From the human T2T-CHM13v2.0 reference genome, Homo sapiens: a DNA stretch of 64,000 bases. The translations under genes and the position numbers were made by a program. Shown here in pieces: positions 15,480 to 28,202 of this stretch. Position 1 is the first letter of the stretch; the number at the start of each line of letters is the position of its first letter. The notes below the pieces were generated by a model, which worked only from the letters and a program-made list of their open reading frames with translations, made no database searches and was not told the origin of the DNA. Where the stretch lies: assembly GCF_009914755.1 (NCBI RefSeq), contig NC_060937.1; one strand, written 5' to 3'.

Positions 15480-15841
15480 AGTTTTAGTCTGTTCTCAGGC
15501 TGCTAATAAAGATATACCTGAGACTGGGTAATTTATAAAGGAAAGAGGTTTAATTGATTCCCATTTTCACATAGCTGGGGAGGCCTCACAATCATTGTGG
15601 ATGGCAAAGCAGGAGCAAAGTCATGTCTTACTGGCAGCAGGCAAGAGGGCGTGTGCAGGGGTCCTCCCATGTATAAAACCATCAGATCTCATGAGACTTA
15701 TTCACTACCACGAGAACAGTATGTGGGAAACCACCCCCATGATTCAGTTATCTCCCACCAGGTCCCTCCCATGACACGTGGGAATTATGGGAGCTACAAC
15801 TCAAGGTGAGATTTGGGTGGGGACACAGCCAAACCATATCA
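15480..15841 (-). mobile_element. THE1 (THE1C-like) solo LTR
   Basis: gagactgggtaatttataaaggaaagaggtttaattga...ggggacacagccaaaccatatCA; 5-bp TSD CCACA at 15475-15479 and 15842-15846. Confidence 0.92.
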
Positions 15842-16496
15842 CCACAGCTTGGGAAGGAGGCAAGCATATGGCTGGGCCATGGTCTGAGAACAAAGATTCT
15901 TTCCTTCACCCCAGATCTCCTGAGGATTTCCTGCATATCATGCCATGGATATTGCCTTTGGTTACAATCTAGAGAATTTTTCTCATCGCTTTACATACGT
16001 AAAATTACAGCCCAAGTTAGGAAATCGGTATGTGAGTCTAGACAAATGTATTTTGGAAATATGTAAAATATTTCCCAAATATTTGGAAATCATTCCAATG
16101 TTCTTTTTACCAGTTTATTTCTCTGAAATTCTTCAGAAATAAATAGGAAAAATGTATTGAGCATGCTTCAGAAAAATAAATAAGGCAAATCAAAAGGTTT
16201 AGTGACTTCTAATACAACATGGCCAAGAGGGCGCAGGGGGCACAAACTATGCCCTTCCATTAATTGTATCCTGTGTAGCATTCACTGAAACACCCAAAGG
16301 CTCTCTATTATAACAGTAAAAAGGATGCATTCGGTTAGAGTTAACTATGTTCTAACTAAACAGGATTTCTAGCTTGAAAACTAAGCAAGAATTCTTGATC
16401 AATTTGGAGTTTTAATCAGGCCTTCCAGCATTAGGAGTAGATTCTGATGGAGGCAGCACGAAGTTGTCCTACATCAATGGCTGAAGAATGCTCCTT

Positions 16497-16497
<1 letters not shown>

Positions 16498-16534
<37 letters not shown>

Positions 16535-16535
16535 T
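16498..16535. repeat. (TG)n microsatellite
   Basis: Direct reading. Confidence 0.97.
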
Positions 16536-18307
16536 CTAACAGAGGAGAGAGAGGAAAAGGGAGGTGAACGGTTGCAATGGGCATGGCATCTCCCCAGATC
16601 CTGCCTCCTGTCCTGTTCCCTGTCCTTGGCCCATGTCTATTTTGTGCTGGAAGCACAGGCACAGGACAGTGGCTCCCCTAATCAAGATGGGGAGGGAATC
16701 AGAGCCCTCAACATAATTTGTGGAAAGGGGATAGGTACAGAGAGAGTAATGGATGGAATGTGTTTCTAGGTTTCCCTACAAATTTTAAGAAACAATGGCT
16801 ACTGATTAATAATAAAACACACAAAAAAACTAATAATAAAACACAAATTACTGGCTTCATTTTTCTTTTTTTCAGCTTCTGTTAGCAAAATTGTTTGCGT
16901 TGAGGTGCACATGAGAAATACCCAAACTGTTTGCCTACCGTGAGTCCTCTTGGGACTCGCTGGCCGCCTGAATGTATTTCTTGTTTCCCAGGAGGCCAAT
17001 GATTTGCACAACACATCCTTCCCCAGACCCCAAAGCCAAACATTGACATATTCCAGCAATCAGCTCACATTGCCTCCATCCAGGAAGCTTTCTTTGTGCA
17101 CTGAACTCGAAGAATCACTGAGTGCCCTCAGATAAACTTAACACTACTCATCTTTCTCAGTTTAAGATGTGTACTGTGGAACGGAAGTGTTTTGTTAATG
17201 CTTAGCATGACATGAAAGCTGTTTCTGCATTTTCCCATCGTACATTTCTACTGTCTTTAGCTCAGCATCTTTATGCGATGGGGAGAGATCCCACACAATG
17301 CACAGATGGAGTGGGAATGGAGGCAAATTTCTATGGGGCTCAAAACTCATTCTGCCATATGCTGTTCTCTCTCCTTCCGAATTCTGTTGAGCGCACCACC
17401 GCTGGTTGGCACAGAGTGACAAAGATGGAGAGGCTTTAATCAGTTGAGTCTTCCATTTCTAGCCATTTCAATAACTCCTTTAGGTAAAAAGGCCAGTGTC
17501 AATTCGAGTTATTTATATGAATAAAAATCCTGTTTCTCTCCTCTGTAAATTAATTGTTCCAGGAATTCTGTGTGATCCCGAAAATGTAAGCATTTAGAAT
17601 TAGCCTGTTTTATGTAATACAGAAATGATTTTAAAAGTCTGACAAATTAAGGTATAGTTTTATTAGCTGTCAGTCAGTCTTTCTTTCCTAGAATGTTCCA
17701 GTGAGAAATGACATTCTTTATGTCTCTGCACAACTTAAATTACAGGTCTGCTTATTTTTTATTTTCAACATAAATAAAATTTATTATTATCAGAGCAGTA
17801 GTGAATCCCAGCTTTTAGTACTTATCAGACTTGTATAGAGAGAAAGAATTTTGTTCTTATGCTTTCTGGGAGCTTTTTGAAACCTTTTATTCCAGCTTTG
17901 ATTTTTTTTATTACTTTTTTATTTCCTTCTACGATTTTTCTTTCATAAGTTGTGTGATAATGTAACAAAATTACCATTAAACTCCAAATTCCTATATTCA
18001 TATCCATATATGCTCCATATATGCCCCATATTCATTGCTCTACTTTGATAGTTTCTTTCAGATAAATTACATGTCGATGAGTTTTCAAGGGACTGACTTT
18101 TAAGTTTCAAAGGGGATCCCACTCCTGTCAAACTAACAAGTTAAAATAACATTGTTATGGACCTCTGATACCCAAAAGACTTTTCTAGGCATGAGAAAAA
18201 ACTAATTATAATAACTTTTACCAGATTTTTTCAGCTTTGTCGCCATTACCTGAGTTCATTTCTACAATCATATTAATAGCCATGCAGCCAAGTATAGTGA
18301 CTAGTCC

Positions 18308-18695
18308 TCTCTTAGTCTGTTTTCTGCTGCTATAATAGAATACCACAGACTGGGTAATTTATAAAGATCAGAAGTGTATTTGGCATATGGCTCTGGAGAC
18401 TGTGAAGTCCAAGAGCATAATGCCAGCACCTGGCCAGGGTCATCCCACTGTGGAAGGCATCACAAGGCAAGCAAGCTTGAGACACAGACAGAAAATGGCG
18501 TCAAACTCATCCTTTTATCAAGAGTCCACTCCTATGGTAACTAGCCCAGTATGGCAATGATGTCTTTAATTACTCCAGGAGAATGGAGCTCTTATGACCT
18601 AATCATTTCTTAAAGGCCTCATCTCTTAATACTGTTATAATGGCAAGTAAATTTCCAACACATGAGCTTTCGGGGGACACATTCAAACCATGGGA
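18308..18695 (-). mobile_element. MST (MSTC/D-like) solo LTR
   Basis: gaataccacagactgggtaatttataaag...ggggacacattcaaacc; 5-bp TSD AGTCC at 18303-18307 and 18696-18700. Confidence 0.88.
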
Positions 18696-19114
18696 AGTCC
18701 CATGGACTAAGAGTGGACCAAGAGGTATTTTGTGGGAAGAGGCAGTTGTTCTTCCCACAGACTACAAAGTCTACTTTGAGAGATAAGTGAGGAATCCCAG
18801 ATGATCTTAATTTATAGTATCCAAAAAAACAATTATCTGAAGCTTAGAAGCAAAAGAAATCACCATATGTTCTTTCTAGGCTTGACTTTCTGTTGTTGGA
18901 TTATTTTACATCTTGTAGAAACAAGAGTCAACTGATAGATTTTTGTCCAGTAGAAATATAACTAATTTCTGTTCAAATATTCCCAAAAGTATGTTTATTG
19001 CTCTCTAAGACTTTAATCAGTTTTGTATCATACATAGCAGTAAAGTTACTCTAGAAATTCTAGCTTTTACAATGCTTTTGGACTGGATTTTACATTGTAT
19101 TGGTTCTCTCTTTA

Positions 19115-19420
19115 TTTTTAAATTTAATTTAATTTTTTGAAACAGGGTCTTGCTCTGACACCAGGCTGGAGTGCAGTAGCGCAATCACCAATCACAGCTT
19201 ACTGCAGACTGGACCTCCTGGGCTCAATCCTCTCGCTTCAGCCTCCAGAGTAGCTGGGACTACAGGCACACACTACCATGCCTGGCTAATTTTTAAATAT
19301 TTTGTAAATGGGGGTCTCTTTATGTTGCCCAGGCCCGTCTCAAACTCCTGGGGGCAAGTGATCCTCCGTTTAGGCCTCTCAAAGTGCTGGGATTACAAAT
19401 GTAAGGAACCATCCCTGGCC
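19115..19420 (-). mobile_element. AluJ
   Basis: AluJ-like cagggtcttgctc and ctcctgggctcaa; TSD TTGGT(T/C)CTCTCTTTA at 19100-19114 and 19422-19436. Confidence 0.93.
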
Positions 19421-19944
19421 CTTGGTCCTCTCTTTAATATGTTAAATAATATATTTGACACATGTTTACTTTATATCTGTATGAGAGTCATGATGTTACC
19501 TTTTTGAAACTTATGCTTTAATAATTATGTCACCTCATTGTGGATTCAACATTTATTTATTTATTTTAGCATTTCCCAAACCTACTCATATTTCTTTGTT
19601 TGGTCTATTTTCTAAATTCATGTTTTACTTCTGTAAACTTTGTATATTTTATTTGACTTTGCATTATCTCCTTAAAGTTTAAAGGAATGCTTCAAAATTC
19701 TGTTTTTCCGGTATTGTGCTATTGAATTCAGATCATGTACCACACCATACTCAACCTTTAATGTCAGAAAAGTTTTAATTTTTTTTTTTTTACATTTGAC
19801 CCCCTTAGGAACCACCTCTTTCTCTTGACTGCTTTTCACTAGATCTTCTCTACGTTTCTTATTTCTTTCTGGAAGGTAGGTGAAGAGAACCTTTTTTTTC
19901 TGGGCATGGCCAAGAACAAAATTACCACAGAGGAAAAAAAAGGA

Positions 19945-20165
19945 AGAATCATTATGCTGTCTAGGTACTTTAACACACTTAACTTTATCAAATCTTCACA
20001 GTACCCTGGTGGGCTCTATGAAGTATTACCATTCACAGATGAAGTAATTGAGATCACAAAGGGCTAAGTGACTTGCTTGGTCCCGTATATCTGATGAGTG
20101 GTAGAACCTAAATCCAATCCTAGTTTCTTCCCAAGACTATGTGCTTTCTGTTACTCAATATCACT
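19945..20165 (-). mobile_element. MIR
   Basis: cattcacagatgaagtaattgag...ggctaagtgacttgc...gagtggtagaacc. Confidence 0.75.
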
Positions 20166-21929
20166 TGAACTCATTCTACATTCACATTGTGATTAACCTG
20201 CTATAGACACTACAGGATGATGAGCCCCTGTGTAGACTGAACAAGGTGCTGAACATTGATACCCTGTGCCAAAGTTGCTTATGGTGCAGGATCGTACTTT
20301 CAAGCTTAACAGTCTTTGGGACACAGCAAGCTTTGCCTTTCTTTCTTTCTTGTTTTCATTTTGACACTCTTTGATGAGCACCTAGCTTTTACTCTTACAC
20401 TCATGGGCTGGAGTATTGTAGCAGGAGGAAGGACCTATGCAGTGGCAGGTAATTGGGCATTGGTAGATGTGGATATTGACACCAGGTGGTCCCAACAAAT
20501 GGGCTGGTTTGGACATGAGAAAGGTATTGAAAGTGAAGTGAGCCAGGCTTGTTAAATATAGCAAGATATATGAAACAGCAACCCAAAATAACACCATTTG
20601 TAGCCATTATTCACATATGCCCTTAATTTGTCAATCTGATTGGATTTTTATGACATTCTGATTTCCCTTTTGTTTCTCTTTTATATGAAGCAATCTTTAC
20701 TTGCTGAAAGAGCCTCTGCAGACTTAAATAGTGATCAATTAGTTGGGTCCACCTTCAGCACCACCTATAGTAAAAGAGATCACCCTACTCTTCCTCAGTT
20801 CCATCCAAATAGAATTATAAAATTGTAGAATTTTAAAAATGAGGTAATTAAATTAAAGGATGCAAAGAATGAAAAATATTTTATATAGTTCGGTAGCTGT
20901 GTTTTTAAGGAATTCAAATGAAATTTTGAAATCAAATGTCTTTTACCATTCACGTATTTTGTCTCTCAACTCAATGTTTTTTTTTTGTTGGCTTAAAAAA
21001 AGATTTCTGTGCTAAGGACAGTGAAGTATAGATAATGTGCAAATTTCCTTTCAGGAAATGTGAATGGATGAAGATATGTTTCTAATTTTCAGAACAAATG
21101 AGCTTCATTTTCAAGACTTTTAGTTGTTACTAACCCTGCAACTTTGCTTAGAGAAGATATTCAGGGCAAAACATTTCTATGAGAGTCATGAGAAAAATGA
21201 TGAATCATTTCAATTCCAATGTGGAAATTATTTTTCTCTAGCTTTACTTGTACTGCACAGAGAACTTTACACCTGCTGCACAATATATTTTATCTTGTGT
21301 TTAAGAGAATAGAAAAGATGCTGCTATTTATTTCCCCAAATACTACTTTGCATCTGCATTCCCCTCCCTAACAGAATTTCAGCCCAGCCTGAAATGAAGG
21401 TCACGTCAAGTACCAAAGCTATTTCAATTCCAGAGATGGATAATCACATCGGCTATTCCAGTTATAAAAAAGTGTTGCATGAAATCATGCACTCACATCT
21501 TGTACTAGAGAGAGAGCCTACTAGTTGCCATCAGGTATTTAGGAGATATTTTATTGCTATCTTAAGAGGATTAATATCTTAAGATTTTGCTATCTAAAAA
21601 TCTTCAGCTCATTAGTAAAAATATGATGATGTTAAGTGATTTAGCACTAATGAAAAATAAGACTTCCTGTAAAAGACATGGGAAATTATTTGATCCTGCT
21701 CCTTGCAACTGAGTAAAATCAAAAGTTTTTACTTAAACAATGAATACATGGTGCAATTAGCCATTAATCTTTTGTTTTCATGTAGATTCATTCACCCAGT
21801 TTACCAGAACAATCAAATCCTAAGCAGGCTTAATTTAATTAATGCCCAAAGACATTTAGTAAACACCTATCTCATCCAACAGGTGCTCTCGTGACATAAA
21901 GAACATAATTCAGCACCCTTCTTGGGACC

Positions 21930-22420
21930 CACCAGGACCTAGGTGTCTGGTGCCTGCTAAATTTTGTCTCTGTCTTTCTCACTTGATCTGTTCCAGTTAC
22001 ATCATTTCTGTCCTTAAAAACTCCAAGATTTTTTCCCACCTCAGGATATTCATATTTGCCTTTTCTTTGTCTGAAACACTCTTTTTGAGGCTGACATCTT
22101 CTGTTTCTTTGTCTGAAACACTCTTTTTGAGACTGACATTTTCTTATCATTTAAGATTCGTCTTGAAACTCAACTCTAGAGTTCATGGCCAATGGAACTG
22201 GACCCTCCCAAACTCACCTACAGTCACCCTTTATTCCTTTCCTCTGTTTTATTTTCTTCTTATGAGTTGCCACTATTTAAAATAGTCTAGTTTACTTCCT
22301 TATATATTGCTTATTTCCAAAGTAGAACAAAAATTGCAGAGAAAGGAGGAATCTCGTGTGTCTGGTTTACATCAGCATCTAGGACTATGTCTCACTCACA
22401 GTATGTACTCAAAAAGACAT
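21930..22420 (+). mobile_element. L2 3' fragment
   Basis: cccacctcaggatattcatatttgcc; catcagcatctaggac...cacagtatgtactcaaaa tail. Confidence 0.7.
22062..22144. repeat. 2-copy tandem duplication, 42-bp period, inside L2
   Basis: tttctttgtctgaaacactctttttgag(g/a)ctgacat(c/t)ttct twice; appears as a 14-aa repeat in ORF 21872..22150. Confidence 0.93.
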
Positions 22421-22754
22421 AGGAAAACGTAATTGGGAGCTTATAAATTTAGAATAAGAGAGATAAAATATATATTTATTCTATAAAGTAGAAGTAGAAA
22501 GTCCTTCAAGAGAATGGAAATGCTAGCAGCAATTCCCATGAGGAAAGACTAGTTTCCAACTGCAGAATCAGATGGCTTTATCAAAAAAGGTATTATTATT
22601 TCAACTGTGCGATGAAATGGGTACATTTTTACATAAAGATAGAAGGGAAAGGTGGTCTAAGTCTTTTCAGAGACACCAAGGTTACAGGAAAGTCCTGAGG
22701 AAAGGCTGAGAAGAGACAATAACTGAGGTTTGCTTAAGTGGGTAGATGACTTCA

Positions 22755-23290
22755 TGTGGAATCAGAAATGTTTCATATTCTGGCTCCAACATGCTGTATC
22801 TGAGTTACTGTCATGGGATGAATTATATCTCCCTCCCCCAATTCATATGTTGAAGTCCTAACACCTAGGACCTCAGTAAATGACTATATTTGGAGACAGG
22901 CCCTTTAAAAGGGTGTTTAAGTTAAAAAGGGCCTGTTAGGATGGGTCCCAATCCAATCTGACTGGGGTCATCACAAGAAGAGGAGATTAGGACACACACA
23001 GAGAGGCACCAGAATGCACAGGAACAGAGAGAAAACCATGTGAGGACTCAAGGGAGGAGGCACCTGTCTACAAGCCAAGGAAATGGGCCTCAGAGAAACC
23101 CACCCCGCCAACACCTTGATCTTAGACTTTCAGCCTCCAGAACTGTGAGAAAATAGCTCTTCATTGTTGTCGTTTAAGCCACCCAATGTAGTAACACAGT
23201 TACCTTGAAAATTTTAACCTATATTTGTTTTCTCATTTGCAAAGTATTGATAACATCACAAGTTAGTAAAAGAATCAAATGAGGCAATAG
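22755..23290 (+). mobile_element. MIR split by MLT1B
   Basis: ggaatcagaa...ttctggctcc before the LTR; gttttctcatttgcaaa...gaatcaaatgagg after it. Confidence 0.6.
22809..23198 (+). mobile_element. MLT1B-like solo LTR
   Basis: aattcatatgttgaagtcctaac...cagcctccagaactgtgagaaaata; TG...CA ends; TSD GTTAC at 22804-22808 and 23199-23203. Confidence 0.88.
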
Positions 23291-23629
23291 TCATTAAAGT
23301 TCTAAAACTGAAATAAATTTAAGACTAGAAGGCATCTTAAAAATAGTCACAGTGGTTGATTTTAATTTTTCTTGCCTCTTTCTCCTGCCTTCAATAGCAG
23401 CAAGAACTCTGGGATTGGTCCTGTTTAATACCTGGGTAACACAGCTCACAATCCCAAGCCTTTTCCTGGAAGGAGATATCATATCTGTGTTAGAGAAAGG
23501 GCTGGAGGGAGTAGTCAGGGTAGAAGTCAGAAGTAAAAACAAGCTCACTTGTTTATGCTACTCTTTGTTTCTGCTCACGTCTTTCATATGTGTCACCCTC
23601 AACGGTGAATAACACTGCAATGATGATAC

Positions 23630-24030
23630 AGCATTTCATTTCTGCCTGTCCTTCCCTCTAGACTATGAGCTTCTTAAGGATCAACTCTCTATATCCCCAG
23701 CATCCATGCTTGGATCAAGGTTGGCCCTCACATGAGTCACTGAAATATTTGCTTTGTACTCTCTATTTATTGTAAGAGGAAGCATACTCTAGTTAAAAGC
23801 TTACAGTCAAACAATCCTGAGTTTGAGCCCAGAATACACACTTTTTCACCTCTATGACCTTGAGTACTTGCAGATCCTATTGGAGATCTAGTTTTCACTC
23901 TTGGTAATTCAAGATGGCGATAACCACCTCATCACTGGCTTTAAAGATTAAACTATATAATATATGTAAAGCATCTGATACAGCCCTAGTATCTAGTCAA
24001 TGTTGAATATTGCATTTTATTATTGTTGCT
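23630..24030 (+). mobile_element. L2 3' tip (about 23630-23750) followed by MIR (about 23775-24030)
   Basis: ctagactatgagcttcttaagg...tatccccagca; cctgagtttgagcccag...atgaccttgag...atatatgtaaagca. Confidence 0.6.
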
Positions 24031-24929
24031 TTCAGTATTATTCTTGTTTACTCATTTTATACCAATGTGATCTGCTTACATGTCATATCTTTGAGAAAAA
24101 GGTCTATATAATTTTATTTTATCTCTACTATACCATGTGTAACCAGCACTTTTCATTGATTAGTTGATTTTTTAATCTAGCAAGATTGTAATGAGACTAA
24201 TGAGAGCTCATTTCTCCCTGTAAATAAATCTGTAGGTAATCAGGAGCTCAGTGTCCGTTTGGTAAAAAAGCTTTCCTTGATCAAAGTCACTGATCAGAAT
24301 TATAACGACAACCCATGCTTCTGTTTCTCTTTTGGTTCTTTGATTACTTATATATAAATTGAGTGAACTAAACCAGACAGCCAGATCACAGTGAATTTTA
24401 TTTAATTACGTGCAACTTGTTCACTTATACATTTTCCTCTGTTGAGACAATCCAGAAGCTACTCAGGATACTTATTTGCTTATTCCTCTAATTAAGCAAA
24501 GCTATCTATAGCCTAGAATGCTAATCTAAAACTGCATTTTGTTTCTGCAGCAATGATCTCTGTCCAACCCCACAGCACATTCCGGCATTTGCACTGTGCC
24601 GTGGACGCCGCTGCATTGTGCATGCTCCAGGCTATGTTTGTGGACAGTCACGTCGCCGCGGAAGTCAAGCTCATTTGTCATCCTTGCTAGGCACTTGCAG
24701 GGCTGCCTGAAGAGAAAAATATCTGAAAGCAGGCAGTGACGAAGGTAAAGAAGAGACTCAGGAGTGGAAGGGCAGAAGGGGGCTGTGGGGGTGGATGTAC
24801 GGAACCAGGCATATCTGAGTCCCTGGAAGGACAGGCTCCTGCGTCATAATTCTGCTTCTGATGGGAGGCCTTCGCAGTGACAAACCTGGGCCTTCTGGCT
24901 CTCCGTATGTCTTAGACCTCATTTTGAAA

Positions 24930-25380
24930 CAGGTTATTGCAGTAATGGCCCCCGATTTGTCCACATCTCCCCGTATCCACACCCTTAGGTAATCCTTTCC
25001 ACACTGACTCGGAGCTGGGATGGTAGCAAATACGATTCAAGCAGAGACTTGAAAAGGGCTTGTGGGTTGGGGCTTACTTACTTGTTTCTCTTGGAACTCC
25101 GTGACTCTCATGTGAATAAGCCTGGAATAAACTCCTCTAAAATGAGAGACCACATAGAGAGAGAGGCCCTTATCATCCCAGCCATCCCATCCGAAGCCTT
25201 CATAAACCAGCCAACTCTAGACAACTCATCAGTCTCAGCAATAAACCCAGTTAGGAACAGCCAGGCCAGGCCCAGAGCAGAAGAATTGCCCAGTTGAGCT
25301 CAGCTCCAAGGTACTGAGCTGCACAATTGTGTGCTGAATAAGTGACATGGTGCGTTACAAGGCAAAAGATAACTGATAAA
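24930..25380 (+). mobile_element. MaLR LTR (MLT1I-like)
   Basis: caagcagagacttgaaaag; atgagagaccacatagag; agaagaattgcccagttgag; aaagataactgata end. Confidence 0.75.
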
Positions 25381-26804
25381 TGCCTTAATACTTGGCTTGC
25401 CTATCCATTTCAGAAATAATTCCAATTCAGTCTTTCATGAATGTTTTCACGGTTTCATTTGGAAAATTCTGCTCTAAAAATTATAAAGGGGTGAAAATAT
25501 AAGGCAACTTAGTATACTATCACCATTTGAGAAGGGTATTTTCTAAAACAGTCTCTCCTAGTAACTTTCAGAGGTATTTGTGAGGTGAAATGAGAGTGGG
25601 GAAGAGACTTCTAAAATCACGTTGCTAAAAGAAAGTGGCATCGCTTAGCAGCAACATTTCAAAACCAGAGAATCTTCAAATATTCTAGCTTATCCACATA
25701 TTTGTGTATCACAAATGTGATATGATGGACATTTTCACTGTTGCAGGAAAATCAGCCCTGACTCTCTTGTCTCGTACTTAAATATGATTCTTAATGGACC
25801 TACATTTCAAACTCCTGGATCCCTTCTCAAGCTCCAAGTGCCTTAAGTTTGAGTTGACGTGGCGAGTGTGGGAGAAAGTAAGAAACATTAAATACTTGCA
25901 ATTTACACTTTGGGAGTTTCCAAAATTCAACTCATTCATTTTTTTTTCCAGCAAATATTTTATTGAGTGTCTGGTCACCACCTTGTGTGCTGCTCTGAAA
26001 ACCTGCTATAACTGCACAAAGGTGGCAGAGCACATTGCTCTTAATTCCCATGGCTTTCTTGGGAAACTGTACACTACCACTGCAGTCACAATATGGTCTT
26101 CCTCTCTTCCCAGCCACCCCCACCATACAGCTACCTGAAATAAGGGCACATTACATATTTTCTGATGGTCTTTCCTCTGTAGAGAAATGTAGATCCTGGA
26201 TAAAGACCCTTGGCAAGGACCTTTTTCCTCTGCCTGATATTTGTATTCAAGCAAAATAATGATAGTAAGAGTAAGCATTTAGAAAGTGTTGACTATGTAG
26301 CCTAGCACTGCTCCGACACTTTACGTTTATTAATAGACGACTGAGGCTAGCTTTGATCAATAAAATCACGTGAGTAGGCACATTTGCCACTCGGTGGTAC
26401 AAGAAGGAGTCCCTATGGCATCGCATGACTGTCCATGGAGTTTCCAGAGAGGTGATAACTGATGCTGTGAACTCCTGGTTTCCAGGAAACGGCTCTAAGC
26501 TTGTCTCTAAGGTATCTAAACAAATATTTTATTATCTTCTGGGAATTCTGATCCTGCAACCTAAATCAAAGATCCCAAACCCTAAATCAAATTTTTGTGG
26601 CCTTCAAAGCTTAATATGAAAATTACCAGTGATGTTTTTCTTCCCCCATAATATGACATTAGGAGCTTAGTAATGCATATCTAGATGTGAGTTGACATTT
26701 ACACTTGTTATTTGTTGGGAAGGATGAGTATGCTTCATAATTTATATGTATCAAATATCTTCATTTGTGTAAATCAAAGAGTTACTAATAAAAATGCTAA
26801 GAGA

Positions 26805-27108
26805 AGCTGGACATGGTGACTCATGCTTGTAATCCCAGCACTTTGGAAGGCCGAGGTAGGAGGATTGCTTGAGCCCAAGAGTTCGATACCAAACTGGGCA
26901 AGATAGTAAGACCCCATCTCTACAAAAAATTAAAAAATTAGTCAGATGTGGTGGCACATGTCTATAGTCCCAGCTACTTGGGAGGCTGAGGTGGGAGGAT
27001 CACCTGAGCCAAAGAAGTCCAGGCTGCAGTGAGCTAGTGAGCTGTGATGACACAACTGCACTCCAGCCTGGGCGACAGACCAAGAACCTGACTCAAAAAA
27101 TTTAAAAA
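26805..27108 (+). mobile_element. AluJ
   Basis: ggaggattgcttgagccca; aggctgcagtgagct; degenerate TSD aaaat(gct/acc)aagagaa. Confidence 0.93.
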
Positions 27109-27211
27109 AAAATACCAAGAGAACCATATAGGTCTAGGAGACATGACTTCAAACTTTCCTCACTTTCTCATTTGAGGACAAAGCCACAAGGGCATCAAAA
27201 ATTTTCCTCCC

Positions 27212-27702
27212 TGTGATGGTTAATTTTCTGTGTCAACTTGATTGGGCTACAGGATGCCCAGATATTTGTTCAAGCATTATTCTGAATGTGTTTGTGAGGG
27301 TATTTTGAATGAGATTGATATTTGAGTCAATAGACTGAGTCATGCTGATTGGCCTCCTTAATGTGGATGGGTGGAGCTTATTCAATTAGTTTAAGACTTG
27401 AAAATGACAAAAGGTTGAGTAAGAGAAAACTCCCACCTGACTTTGTGAGCTAGGACATTATTTTTTTTCCTGCTTTTGGATTGGACTGAGATATTGGCTC
27501 TTCTTCAGTTGCAAGGCTGCTGGCTTTGAGACTGGAACTACACTATCAGCTCTCCTGGGTCTCCAGCTTGCTAACTACACATCTTGGGACTTCTCAGCCT
27601 ATATAGTCATGTGAGCCGATTCTTTAAAATACATTTCTCCCTACATATACACACATGTAAAATTGGCTGTTATTTCTGTTTCTCTAAGGAACTCTGAATA
27701 GT
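27212..27702 (+). mobile_element. ERVL LTR MLT2 (C/D-like)
   Basis: TGTGATGGTTAATTTTctgtgtcaacttga start; ttctgtttctctaaggaactctga end. Confidence 0.85.
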
Positions 27703-28202
27703 GAATTCCCCTTTCTCCTGTTCCTGAGAGGAATCGGATGTCTGAACTTTCCTCACTTCTTCCCTATATCTGCAAGTGTTCTGTTGTTCACATTTCTTTT
27801 TGCCTACTGCCTTTGACAACTCATTTTGAACTTCCCCTTGCAGCCCACCTAGCCCTCATGTACATAGGGAAGCTCAGAGCCATACACCCAGGCCTGCTTC
27901 TCCTTCATCTCTGACGATTACAGCCTGGCTAGAGCCCACAGTCTTGCTGAACCAGGAGGGAAGGTTTAAAGCTACAGCAGTGACTGAAAGGCTACAACAA
28001 AATTAGAACCAGACTCCATGGAACAGGGGCAGAGCCCAGACAGTGATTCTGGTACATGTGCAGCAATATCTCTGTCTCAGAAAAGGAAACCAAAGAAGCC
28101 TCTGAGCCATTTACCAATTCTTCTAGCAAAACCCTTTCTTCACAATTATTCGTATGTGGCATTGTATCTTAGCATGTGTCAGATTCTGAATAGCTGAAAT
28201 TA

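Noticed and set aside
16220-16242. CTCF-like tggccaagagggcgcag
   Set aside because: Needs a 2-nt gap to fit the motif; the 5' half does not match.
16474-16769. ORFs with HTHT/CVCV repeats (also 30101, 55714, 55829, 56575)
   Set aside because: Translations of (CA)/(TG)/(GA) microsatellites.
27152-27758. 14-bp direct repeat AACTTTCCTCACTT on both sides of the MLT2 LTR
   Set aside because: Copies lie 40-50 bp from the LTR ends and ERVL TSDs are about 5 bp; probably chance or an old small duplication.
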